From the NCBI GenBank assembly GCA_964276515.1, contig OZ193909.1, positions 19,158,001-19,222,000 of the forward strand: a stretch of 64,000 nucleotides of DNA, read 5' to 3'. Within the stretch, counting starts at the first letter, position 1. Each line of letters starts with the position of its first letter. Below are positions 37,553 to 49,800 of the stretch, piece by piece. Under the pieces are notes generated by a model. That model was not told the origin of the DNA, ran no database searches, and saw only the letters and a program-made list of their open reading frames with translations. Origin of the DNA: Gordius albopunctatus. Taxonomy: Eukaryota. The translations under genes and the position numbers were made by a program.

Positions 37553-39293
37553 ACATATACACACTCGCTTACTATTTTTTTACAATCTATGACATTATTA
37601 TAATTTATTTGAATGATTTTTAATAAATTTTATATGATTTTTAACACGGATTATTAGAAAGTTATACTTAAAATATGAGTTTAAAGTTTTTTTTTATAAT
37701 AAATACTTGTTTTTAGTTTGGATATGGGAAAGGTAACGATTTTATTATAGGTGTTAATGCGTCAAAGAAGCCGCCTTTTTAATACCAATTTTTCAGTGTT
37801 CCTTTGATCTTCTTCAAAGCAACAATGTTCTCATTAATAAACTTAAACAAGCTCTGCTCTGCATGATTGATATATATGTGAACTAATAAAGAATATAAAG
37901 AAATTGCCTTATTAATTTTCACTTTAAATGATTATTAATTTTGTTAATGTTATTTTTAAAAAAAAATAATAGAATTTATTTAAGGAGCCAGCTGGTTGCT
38001 TTATTAAAAATTCAAATCTTTGATTTTTTTAAAGTTTTCTTATGCTTGACGGGAGTTATTGTTTTAAGACACTCATAGTGTGTATCAATTCAAAATTAAA
38101 ATTTTTTTATATATCATAATATCTAAAAAATGATTTTATTAAAACTGGCTACAGATACAGATATCCCCAACTACACTTAAATTAATTATTAAATTAGTTA
38201 AGTTATTTATTGTATATTACTACTAAAAAATCTACTAAATTTATAAATTTATTATATCGAAGAGTTTCAATTTTAATTAGAATTTAATTTCTTTTGCCAA
38301 ATCTGAAAGTTAAAACTGGAATCAATGAAAGGATCATAAACGTAACCAGGTAGAGGCGGCTTCCGCCCTCTAAATCCAATTTTGTCTAATTAAATGTAAT
38401 TATGGCTAAAATTTCAAAAAAATTATTATACTGCCCTGCCTAAATCATATATGCCCCCCTCACTACACCCATTAAGTGTGCCCTAAATGCGCAAAAATAG
38501 TAAGAAAACTAAAATTGAATAGTATGTTGATTTTAAAAGTTTGATTTTCCAAAACCTTAAAGCCGTAATATGTCATAATAACAAAATTTTATTTAAGAAG
38601 ATTTTGACCCTTGTAAATATTATTTTTAAATGATATATTATTGGGAATAATTGAGAGTGATAGAAATAAATAATAATTATTATGTATTATACAAAATGAT
38701 TTGGAATCAAATTAAATTTTTATTAAACCTCGCAACTCACAACCTGTCATTGCAAAAAGTTAGCGAGTCAAATCAACTTATTATATTAAAAAATGCATTG
38801 AGCCCATGCGCGAAGCCAGGTTTTGCATTAGGCCGGGGGGGGGGGGGGCAAAACCTCAATTTTTTTTTAATTTTTAAGGGTATTTGCATTTAAAAATATT
38901 CTTAGTCTTAGGCCAAAATTTGAAAAAATGGTTAATAAATAAATTAAATGGGTTAAATTTTATTAGAGTACAGATGCAAAAAAATTTGAAAATCTAATTT
39001 GCAACGGTCACCTGTCCAACGCTAGGCCGAGAGGGCCCAGTTATTTATTTGATTAACCTTTATTGTGCAAATAAAATTGTCAAAAAATTTTTAACAGCTG
39101 TACCTGCCCCCCCCCTTGAGAAAATCCTGGCTCGCGCTTGTTTAAATTTTATTAATAATTTTGATATAGATTAAAATAGAATATTTTTAAAACGGGTGGG
39201 TTTTGTGTAGTGGACTATTTGGTTTTACTAGTTTTGTATCAAATAAGGAATTTTAAATGTAAAATTATTGTATTCTAAAAGAATAAAAAAATG

Positions 39294-39367
39294 AGGCACC
39301 ACCGAGATTCGAACTCGGGATCTCCTGTTTACTAGACAGGCGCTTTAACCAACTAAGCCATGGCGCC
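39294..39367 (-). tRNA. tRNA-Thr (anticodon AGT)
   Basis: GGCGCCATGGCTTAGTTGGTTAAAGCGCCTGTCTAGTAAACAGGAGATCCCGAGTTCGAATCTCGGTGGTGCCT folds as a complete cloverleaf with A and B boxes; a T7 Pol III terminator follows. Confidence 0.97.
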
Positions 39368-39466
39368 GTTCCTTTAAGTCTAATTATTTACCTATATAAA
39401 CAACATATCGTATTGAACGACAGAAATAGTTCCCCGATGACTTTATCTTTTCTGTTCATTGTAGGA

Positions 39467-39904
39467 CATGGGCGTAGGCAGGGGGGGGGCAGGGGGGGGG
39501 GCGCCCGCCCCCCCCTGAATGAGAATTTTTCTATTTTTTAATGTAAATTTATGTAAAAATTGGAAAAAATTAGTGTTTCGCCCCCCCCTGATTGAAATTA
39601 AGTTTTATGTTGAAAATTTTATTTCACGAACTTTTGACGCAAATTTAAATTATTATTGAGATTAGTAGTTGCGTTTGTGTTAGTTCCTTCATACATCGTT
39701 TACATATCCTCTGTACACTGTACTGTTGATTAATAATGAGTTTTTATGTGGGTTGAGGCCAAAGAATAGCAAAATATTTTAATTACTAACGTTAAATACC
39801 AAAAAAAGGTCTTGGCGACCTTTTTTTTTTTTTTTGCTCTCACTTAGTCTCGGCGATTTTTTTTGCTCGCCCCCCCCCTGATCCGAAAGCTGGCTACGCC
39901 CATG
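39467..39904. mobile_element. hAT-type MITE
   Basis: TIR CATGGGCGTAG / CTACGCCCATG; perfect 8-bp TSD TTGTAGGA at 39459-39466 and 39905-39912. Confidence 0.88.
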
Positions 39905-40580
39905 TTGTAGGAATAGGAAAGAGGAAAAATATTAAAATTGCAAGAATTTTATTTTTTTTAGTTGTGGCCAAGACCCTTCATAACAGTGGCATAGCCAAGG
40001 GGGGGCGAAGCCGCAAATTTTCTCACCTTCCCTTCTCTCAAGCAAAAATTAAAAAATTTTTATTTTGATTAAAATGAAGTATTAGATAAAATTAGAGTAT
40101 TTATATTTGAATAAAGATAGCTAACTTATATAATCTAGTAGATGTTAGATCTTAACCTGTATATGCCAAAAGGCAAAATTCTAAATCTATTGAGGTTTAT
40201 TTAAATTAACAATTTGTATCTCCTTGATCGAATCCCCTTTTCTGCCCCACTCTAAATCCATGAATTTGTTTAAATTTATTAAAATTATGGCTTGAAATAA
40301 ATTATAAAAATAACTAAGGGACGGGTGGCGAAATCAAGCTTCTTAACTTTATTGGCATTTTCCATATACAATCAAATTAAAAAGTAACAAATTAATATAT
40401 ACTGTCTAAAAAATCTCATTAAACCCGAATAACCCGAATCTTATCATTATGCCCACCCGTGCCCGTCCGAAAACCAAAATTTACGACAGTTGCAGATTCG
40501 GGCAGCGAGCCGGGTCTGGAATTATGGTCTATGATCACAATGCCTCAAGATTTTTATTATAAATCTCATTCTCAAATTTT

Positions 40581-41180
40581 TATTAATTGCTATGCAATTT
40601 ATGGGCTCGCTTTTCGTTGTCCGTCCGTCCGTCCGTCGGTTGTCCGTTACCCAACTTGTATCTACTGATGTGGGTTTGAATCTCGGCTAGGGCAAATTTT
40701 TTTAAATTAATATATTGTTCTTGTAAATACCATTGATAATATGACTTTTTGACCGTGTTCTGGCTACTGACCAATGAAAAAAATGACCATTGGCCACATG
40801 TAAAATGGGTCCCTGTGCCCCCCCCCCCCCTACAAAGGCCTATGCCCTAATGATGTGGGCTCGAATCCCCGCGAGGTCAATTTTTTTTATTTTTTTGTTT
40901 GGAATTAATATATTGTTCTTGTTGATACCATTGATAATATTGGATTTTTGGCCGTCCGCTGGCTGCGGACCAATAGAAAAAATGACCATTGGCCAAAGTG
41001 TGAATCAAATTTTTTTTCGTTTTTTTTGTCTCTTAAGTATTTATATCCTTTTTGACTGTCTCCTGGCTGCTGTCCAATGGAAAAAAATGACCATTGGCCA
41101 AAGTGTATCAATTTTTTTTCTATATTATAAATATAGGCTATTTACCCGTTTGCTGGCTACTGACCAATAAAAAAATGACG
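40581..41180 (+). mobile_element. HINE/DINE-like element, copy C (3' end missing)
   Basis: 5' TTGCTATGCAATTTATGGGCTCG, (GTCC)n, and three ~120-bp units containing ATGACCATTGGCCA. Confidence 0.72.
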
Positions 41181-41610
41181 CAATATTTTAAATTATTATA
41201 TATAATAGATATAATTATATAAAATTTATATTTAAGTAATGAGATTTTACGTCTAGTTTGTATAGACTATTTGTGCAGTATATTAATTGTGCAATAGACG
41301 AGTTGAGAATCAATCCTCCTTGACTCAATAAAGCTTTAAACACTGGTTTAAAAGGAATCAGATGTTTTGAGCGCCAATATTAATTACAAAATAAATAGCC
41401 TCGAGTCGTTTGACAATTTAAAAGCATAATATATGATATATCACATGTAATTACCGGGAAATTATAAAATCGGGAAATATCCCTATACTGCCATCTCTAG
41501 TTATATTATGGCCCATCAAGACCTGGCCAATTATTGAAGCCTGCTCAAGCCCGACCCCCGTGCCTGGCTTTAAGTCCCGTTCGAGGGCCGGGCCCTGCAG
41601 TTCCTTATAT

Positions 41611-41950
41611 TGTTATATCTTTATTTAGTATTTAATCTAGTCTTCCTTGAGGGCTTTTTAGTTTTATTCTGAGTATGTCGCGAACAATATTAATGATGAT
41701 TTCGCCGAACAATAATTATAATATATCTCGCTGAACAATATTCCAACCAAACGATTCGCCCCAACAATATTCAAATTACATCACGCGGTAGATCAGGTTA
41801 TACAATACAAAAGATAAGGTGATATCCAAAACATGCGATTATACAACACGTGATTCTTTTTAACCAGATACTTTGTCTATTCGTTACATTATAAACAAAA
41901 TGTTAGTTATCATAATAATACACGCATGGAAAAGGTTACTGATCCTCACA
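41611..41950 (-). mobile_element. Solo LTR of the Gypsy family at 12358
   Basis: TG...CA termini; aligns with 12358-12663; flanked by ATAT/ATCT (4-bp TSD with one mismatch). Confidence 0.85.
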
Positions 41951-44087
41951 ATCTTAAACATTAATTATTCTGACACTATGGACTAATTACAATAGTTTAG
42001 TAATATAGTAGCTCCTATAATACACAAAACTACACCCACATGCATGACATAAAGGATTGGGAAGGTGGACAATTCTTCGATACTCAATAAAGGGATTAAG
42101 TGAAATTTTAAGGTATCTTCTTAAAACTAATTAATCTAAGCGAAAAAATGTTTTTACCTGATCTTGCTCTATATACCACCAAGAGATATTTTTTTTAATT
42201 TTTGTCGATTTATTTTCTCGGTAAGCACCTTTAAAAAGGGGTAAAAATGCATATTTTCGCAACTTTGAACTTAATTATTTTAAAAACTTGACGTATAGAA
42301 GAAAAAATGTATTTGTGCATACCACAAAATACTCTTCAAAAATATGTTAACCGTGTTCCAGTTGATTTCACAAGACAATTATTTTTTGTCTAAAAAGTTC
42401 ATTTAATTTTTAATCGAATTAAAAATTTAATTTATAAAATCTTTCTTATCATTCTCTCCCGCCCCCGTTAAAATTTGTTGCCGTTCCCCTTCTAAATTAA
42501 ATGAATATACAACCCAAGTTTAGTTTATCTTGATCCTACTCCTCTCGCAGGCGCCATAATATAAAGCACAAATTTCTTTTAATTCTTGCAACATTTTTTA
42601 TTAAAGGGCAATTTTTGTAAACCATCTGTTTTATCAAATGAATCTGATAAAAAAAAGTTGTTAATGCCAATATTAATAGTGTCCTTCATTATATACTTTA
42701 ATAATAATTTAAAAGTACATTTTATATTTTCACAAATAATTCAAACCTAGTATCATAGCTTAATTGCTTAGCTTCTTTTGTTATACCTCGTGTCGTGACT
42801 ATACTTCAACTGCAAATTTAATTGATTTTTTATACCCTGTTATTAATACTCTATTATCCTCAAAAATTTGAAATTTAACTTACAAATTTAATAAACATCT
42901 TTGTTTTTGTTCGATCACTTTAAAAGATTTTGGTTTTAGGAAATGAAAGCTGATATCCATAATATTTTAAATTAGGAGTGAAAAAATGATAAAATTTACG
43001 GATATATATTATGAGTTTTGGAATTTCTATAATTCATCGGACAAACGAATACCATAGGCACTCAACTTCTCCGCTAATTCAGCTAAAAAATTTTATAAAA
43101 TTATTATATTTATTTTTTTCAAAGATTTTTATAAATTTTAAAATTTGATAAATATTATTTAGAACTTTTATTTTTTACCAAAAGTTTGCCATCCTATGAT
43201 AGATTGAAGGAGTACACCATTTTTATAAATATGGGTCCAGGGAACTTGTGTTATTCCATAGTCGTGACACAAATAACCGCTCGAACCGCATTCAACCTTA
43301 AATTTATTAATTTCGAAAATAATTAAAAATAGCAATTAAAAATAATAAATTTGATTATTTAATTAGTGTACAAAATGTTATTATACTTTCCCACAAATCA
43401 ATGATTGATTTTTCTGATTGGCTTTTTGGCAGGCTTGTTCGAGGGTAGGCAAGAATATTTGACAATTGTAACAACTAAACAAAATTGAAAGATATAATTT
43501 GAAATTTTTAATATTCATTTTAGTTAATTTATGGTGGAAGCGGTATCAGAGGTAAGTACAATATTTTTGGGGACAATTGTTTTTTAGCGCGTACATTTTG
43601 CACTAATTTTAGTGTTTTTTGTTTGTTTTTAACATTACTAGTAAACAGGTCTCTTTAACAATTTTTTAAAATGTGTAACAAACATCTATAAACTTCTTAA
43701 CTTATTATATATTAGACTTGTTAGATTTTAAATTGGCTATTATACGGGCGCAGCAAGGATTGGAACTAGACGGGGGGGGGGCAGTAATGCTGCAGGGAGA
43801 GGCAAAATAGTAATTTTTGAAATATATAAGCTATAATTTTTTATCACATTTAAAAAAATTTATGGCTTTAGAGGGAGGGGGCAGCTGCCCTTCCCAGACA
43901 CCCACTGACCACGCCCATGCGCTACTTTTTTCAAAGATATCTCGATTAGAGGTCTGCATGGGCCGGGCCAGCTCGCGGCCCGCAAGCCCAGGCCCGGCCC
44001 TTAACAATAAAAAAGGTACGGGGCGGGCTTCGGGTTTGAAAAGTGAAAATTTTGGAATTATTTATTTTCATACTCTAATTTTAATAT

Positions 44088-47000
44088 TTTCTTTTCTATA
44101 GCTGTTTGTCACATTTAGTGGTCAGCTCCTTCAAGTAGGTTCTCCATGTATTCCTGCACTTACACCAGCTTCGCTTTAGCTTATACCTCCTCAAGTCCAT
44201 ATCTATTTTATGCTTCCATGTCAGTTTAGCTCTCCCTCTCTTTCGATTACCTTCGTCTTGCACTTTCTTGATACGATTTGCCAAGTGATTTTCCTCCCGT
44301 CTCTCCAAATGGCCATACCATCTCAATCTTCTTACCACCAACTTTCTCTGAATTTGAACTACATTTAGTTTATCTCTTATGTCTTGATTCCTTATATGAT
44401 CCTTTTTGCTTATTCCTAAGATCCATCTTAACACTCGCATCTCCATTGTAGCCAAGCTTTGCTCCTTTTTTGCCCTAATTGCCCAGGTTTCCGCTCCATA
44501 CAATACCGTGGGTACAATAATGATGTTATATAACCGTCCTTTCAATTTGAGTGGTATGTGTTTGTCACACAGGACACCACTCAACTCCCTGAATTTTAGC
44601 CAGCCTGCGTTTATTCTTGCCTTAATTTCGTTTTCCACACCTCCATCACATTGTATGTACCCTAGAACCAGGATATTTGAATTCTTTCCTGCTGCTTAAA
44701 CACCAGTCATCGATTTGCAGGTGTGTTTCTTTGTATTCATTCCCCGACTCCAAGCATACATATTCCGTTTTATCACGGTTGACCGTAAGGTCTTTGTTTT
44801 CAATTCGATCCATCCACACTTTTACCTGTCTGCTAATTCCACATTTGAGCCTGCTCGCAGTACTATATCATCCGCAAAGAGCATTGCTTAAAGTAATTCG
44901 CGCTTCAGGTCCTTCCTTATTGAATCCATTATTGTTATGAAGAGCAATGGAGTGGAGTTAGGGCCGATCCTTGATGTATAAGGACATTTAGACTGAATCT
45001 CTTTGATACCACTGGATGTCCGAACTTTGTTTGCGTTTCTATACATATCCTTTATTAACATTATATAAGTGTCGGGTACACCATTGGAACTCAGGCTATC
45101 CCATATCAACTGCCTTGGCACTTTATCAAAAGCTTTCTCAAGATCGATGAAACACATATAAAGATCCTTTTGTTTTTCTTATATACTTCCATAAGTCTCC
45201 TAAGGCTATGAATTGCATCTGAAGTTGACTTTCCAGGCATGAACCCAAATTGTCGTTCACCTATTGATATTATTTTTTGGAGTCTAGCTTCTATAATCTT
45301 TTCCCACACCTTAATTACGTGACTCGTTAACTTTATCCCTCGATAGTTGTTGCATTCTTGTACATCTCCCTTCAATTTATAGATGGGTATAACATAGCTC
45401 TCCCTCCACTCATCAGGCATCATACCACTTCCAAGTATTTTGTTAAACAGCTTTGCAAGTAGATGTACACCTAAGGGGCCTAGCATTTTGAAACCTTCCA
45501 TAGGTATATTATCAGGTCCCATTGCTCTACCTATGGTCATATTTTTAAGCACCTGGTCAACCTCTTCTGTTGTCACTTCTAACTCTGGGTCATATTCATA
45601 GGTCTTGCTTTCGCAGTGGTCCGAAAACACATTTTCACTGTTTAATAATTCTTTATTGTGTTCTTCCCAACGATCTATGATTTGATGGTCCAGAGTTAGA
45701 CTGATGCTTTCCTTGCTCTTTATAGATTTCACGTTTACCACATCCTTTGAGTTTCTTGCTCTGGTCTTTGCGATTTTTAGATCATTCTTTCCCCTTCTTT
45801 ACTGGTTAACTTGGCATTCAAATTTTCGTAGACCTCTGTTTTAGCCTTGGCTATAAAACGTTTTGCCTCATTTTTAGCTTTCGCATATGCCAATCGTGTT
45901 TCTTCATTTCTGTTGCCTGACCATAATTATAAAGCTTTCTTTTCAACTTGACCAGGCGTTGCACATCTTTGTTCCACCACCATGTCTCCTTATATTTTTG
46001 TATACCTGGTTTAACTTCTCCTAGAACACATCTCGCTACTGATCGTACCGTGTTAGCTATGTTATTCCACATATCGTTAGCATTATGCTGATCATCTATT
46101 TGCAACCTTTCAACTATTTGGTCATTGTAAATATCTTTCAATTTTGGTAGTCGGAACCATTTTATTTTTCCATTTAATCTCATCGGATTTTGTGTTTTAG
46201 CCTTGGAGATGGTATAGTACATCACAAAAAGTCTATGCTGGGCTGCAATAGCTTCACCTGGTATCACCTTACAATCTCGTACATTCTTTAATTCCTTTCT
46301 TGATATTAGGAGGAAGTCAATCTGCGAAGATCGATTTCCACTTTTGTACGTTATTAGGTGATTTACATTCTTTTTGAAGAAGGTATTTGTGTTGGCCAAA
46401 TCAAATGCTACGGCTATTTTCAATATTTCGTCGCCTTCATCGTTTCTCCTTCCGTATCCATTTCCACCATGGTACCGTTCAAATCCTTCTCTTGTTTTGC
46501 CTACGTGACCATTCATATCCCCTCCAATTATAACTATCTCAGCTTTGGGTATCATTCGCACCATTTCGTCTAATTCTTCCCGAAATTCCCCCTTTTCTTC
46601 ATCTGTGCATCCTATTTGCGGAGCATATCCGGAAACTACATTAATCATTTGATCTTCTATGCATAGTTTCAACATCATGAGTCGCCCACTTCTTCTTTGT
46701 ACCTCAATGACTTTATCTTGCAGATGGGAAGCTAATATGATTGCCACGCCATTTTTACTCGTCTCTAGACCATTGAAGTAAAGTTTATAGCCTTCACCTA
46801 TCATCCTTGATTTTGCGCCTTTCCATCTTGTTTCCTGTATACACGCAATATTGACCCGTCGCTTGCTGAGGGTGTCAGCAACTTCTCGGCATTTTGCAGT
46901 CATAGTAATCTCGTCTTTAGCAAACTAGTTTCTTTAACTACATCCGTTTTCGCAAGATTTAGTGACCCTCGTTGACTTTTCACATGATACGGGCGCCTAC

Positions 47001-47422
47001 CATGCGCGTCGTTTACGGAGGACGCCCTAGCGCTTTCATTTTTACGAACTTTCATAGTATACATTTTGGTTTATATGGAATGAGAGAGTATTGATATCCC
47101 GGCCTTCCAAGACTGACGTAACTATGTTAGATTTTGGCGCTTGACTACCTACTATTCTTTATGATGCCGTCATTTTGGTGAATTAAACTTTTCTTTAGAC
47201 CACTCGTATTTATAGGTTTAATCTAGCACTTCCATTTCACTAAGTACTCTCTCAAAAAGCTCAGAAATTTTAGTCTGACCCTTCACCAAGAACTTTGTCA
47301 ATAGGGTCACCCCACCAGTAACAAACATAAAAATTGTGTTTGACTACCAAAGGTATAGCTTCATGGATCACGAGAGTACACAAGCTCAACCACCACTACA
47401 AGGTATTTCTGACTCGGTTGAG
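44088..47422 (-). mobile_element. Full-length RTE-clade LINE of a distinct family, defective
   Basis: APE ORF 45851-46903 and RT fragments 44096-45741; 18-bp perfect TSD ATACTCTAATTTTAATAT at 44070-44087 and 47423-47440. Confidence 0.95.
47261..47422 (-). ncRNA. HDV-like self-cleaving ribozyme at the RTE 5' end
   Basis: P1 CTCAACC (47422-47416) / GGTTGAG (47391-47385); P2 TCAGAAAT (47412-47405) / ATTTCTGA (47268-47261); P3 ACC/GGT; L3 TTGTAGT; single P1.1 G-C pair; J4/2 CTAAA with putative catalytic C at 47273; long P4. Confidence 0.8.
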
Positions 47423-49591
47423 ATACTCTAATTTTAATATAGAAACAAAAAAATGAACTTATTAGCTTAATGATAAAAAATTCATTTTTCCAAACAAATC
47501 TGGTGGAACTCAAAAATTATAATGTGAAAAAGTTTGAATGAGATGTATTATAAACTAGTCATTTTTAACCTGGCAAAGATTTAATTGAAAAATTTGAAGG
47601 TATATTACCTTTTGAAAGGGCAAGCATCAAGTTAGAAGCAGATAAGACACCAACACTCTTTAAAATATTACCCTTTTATAACATCATTAAAAAGCATCCC
47701 AAATTTGTTTCCTTCAACTACGTGTAATGATCATCCTGTTGACTTAAAGATCTATCTACAAATTAAAGTCAAGAACCCAAACTATGCTAATTTCAAAGTT
47801 TAATATCGAAAGTTATCATAAAATATCAACCTTTCTTGTTTCTTAGTTTCGCACGATGAAAATTCTACCCGAGTATGAAAGAAACTTCTTAAAAACTACG
47901 GTAAAATTATTTTAAAGAAATCCATGCAAGAAAATCCTGGCTCTTCCGACATAGATCGTCTTGCATAAGTGGTCCAATAATGATTAATCCAGCTCAGGTG
48001 TGCAAAACTAAGCAATTATCTATTTTTTATTTGGGACGATGATGAAACGAAAAAATTGAAGATTTCCACGAACTTGATACATCTTAAATCAAATCTAAAC
48101 CTGAGGATGCTCAGCTGGATGTATTTTTATGGTCGAAACACCAACTTATGTTAGTTACCAAACTTACCAAAATAAGCTAGTCAGTTTTTGTCAATTCCAA
48201 TGGCTACGGCTACGAGTAAACTCACATTGAGTAAGGCAAGTCGTCTTATATAACAGAGAAGAACGAAATTATTGACTGATAGAATTATATACTCTTTTAG
48301 TTTTAAATGAGAATATTAAATTGTAATTTTTAATTAGAACCGATTTTATATGCTATATTTAAATTATTTCACGAACAATACAAAAATATTTTATACAAAT
48401 AAATAATTTTGAAACAGCGTAGACTTGTTTTTACTTGTCCGGGCCTGATGCGGCGCAATTTTTGGGATTTTATTGCGGGCCGGGTGCGAGCCAAAAAATT
48501 TATATTTGTGCGGGTATGGGCTGGGCCGGAAAAATTTCAGCCATGCAGACCTCTATTCTCGACATTAAAGGCTCACTTAATTTAAAATTTATATGGTTTA
48601 TCCTTATGGGTAGCAATAGTAAAATGAATATGAAATTGATTGAGGAAGAAATTGTAATGTTTTACATTTTAGAGGGTTCAAATAATAATAGCCTCAAAAT
48701 GTAACAAAAATTTTGTCAAATTTTAATTTTGAGGGGGATATGGGTGCAACTTCACAAAATTGCTGTTTAATTTTATTAGAATTTTATTAATTTCTGTGAT
48801 AAAACATAGATTTGGTTTTCCTTATAAATTATATATTAAGATCCTTAGGCTATAAAACCCCATTTTTGAAGGAAAATCGTAAAATAGAACTTTGCGTTAA
48901 AATTAAAAACAACTGAGCATAATATAAGTTTTTATTACCCGGCATTGTAAAAAAGGAGGGCAAAATAAGAATCAGAAGCGAGATAGGTTTTAATAGAATC
49001 TCTATCCAAATCCTGGATAAATTGATCACCTTTTACATTGATCACCAAAAGGACAAACAATGAAAAAATAGTTAACATCGAATTAATTTCAAACATGTAT
49101 GCAGCGATAAAATAAGTAAAAATAATGAGGACGATCTAATGTAAATAAACAGAGTTTTACATTTTGGCCTCAAAAACTTTTATTGCTCTGGCTAATACAA
49201 ACACTAAGTAATGTTCCACAACATTTAAGCAAATCAAACCATTTTACCAAATGAAACCATTATAAATTATTTAAAAAAATTTTTTGTTATATTTTATAAA
49301 AAATTTTTAAAATATTTATAAATTAAATGATGATTATAGTTCTTTTGGTTCCAAAAATGTTTGAGCTAAAGTTTCTAAAATAAAGAAAAATAAATAAAAA
49401 ATATAAAAACTATGACAATTATAAATATATTTAAAAATAAATTATTTTCATTAAAAATAATATTATTTACCAAACGTGTATATTCCAGATATATTTTTCA
49501 AATTTACACCATTTTGGTATAATAAGGTCAAAGGTACTCGTTCTATTCTATTTTTAAAGCATAAAGTATGTGCTGAAACGCAATCGATCTT

Positions 49592-49800
<209 letters not shown>

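Larger units (their letters stand above)
43947..48555 (+). mobile_element. Non-autonomous hAT transposon carrying an RTE insertion
   Basis: 15-bp TIR TAGAGGTCTGCATGG / CCATGCAGACCTCTA; degenerate 8-bp TSD ATCTCGAT / TTCTCGAC; dimerisation-domain relic ASQFLSIPMATATSK at ~48175-48290. Confidence 0.85.

Noticed and set aside
47144..47155. 12-nt match (ATAGTAGGTAGT, minus strand) between the third RTE leader and the target site of the first RTE
   Set aside because: A single short AT-rich match between different families; the other TSDs share no such motif, so chance is likely.
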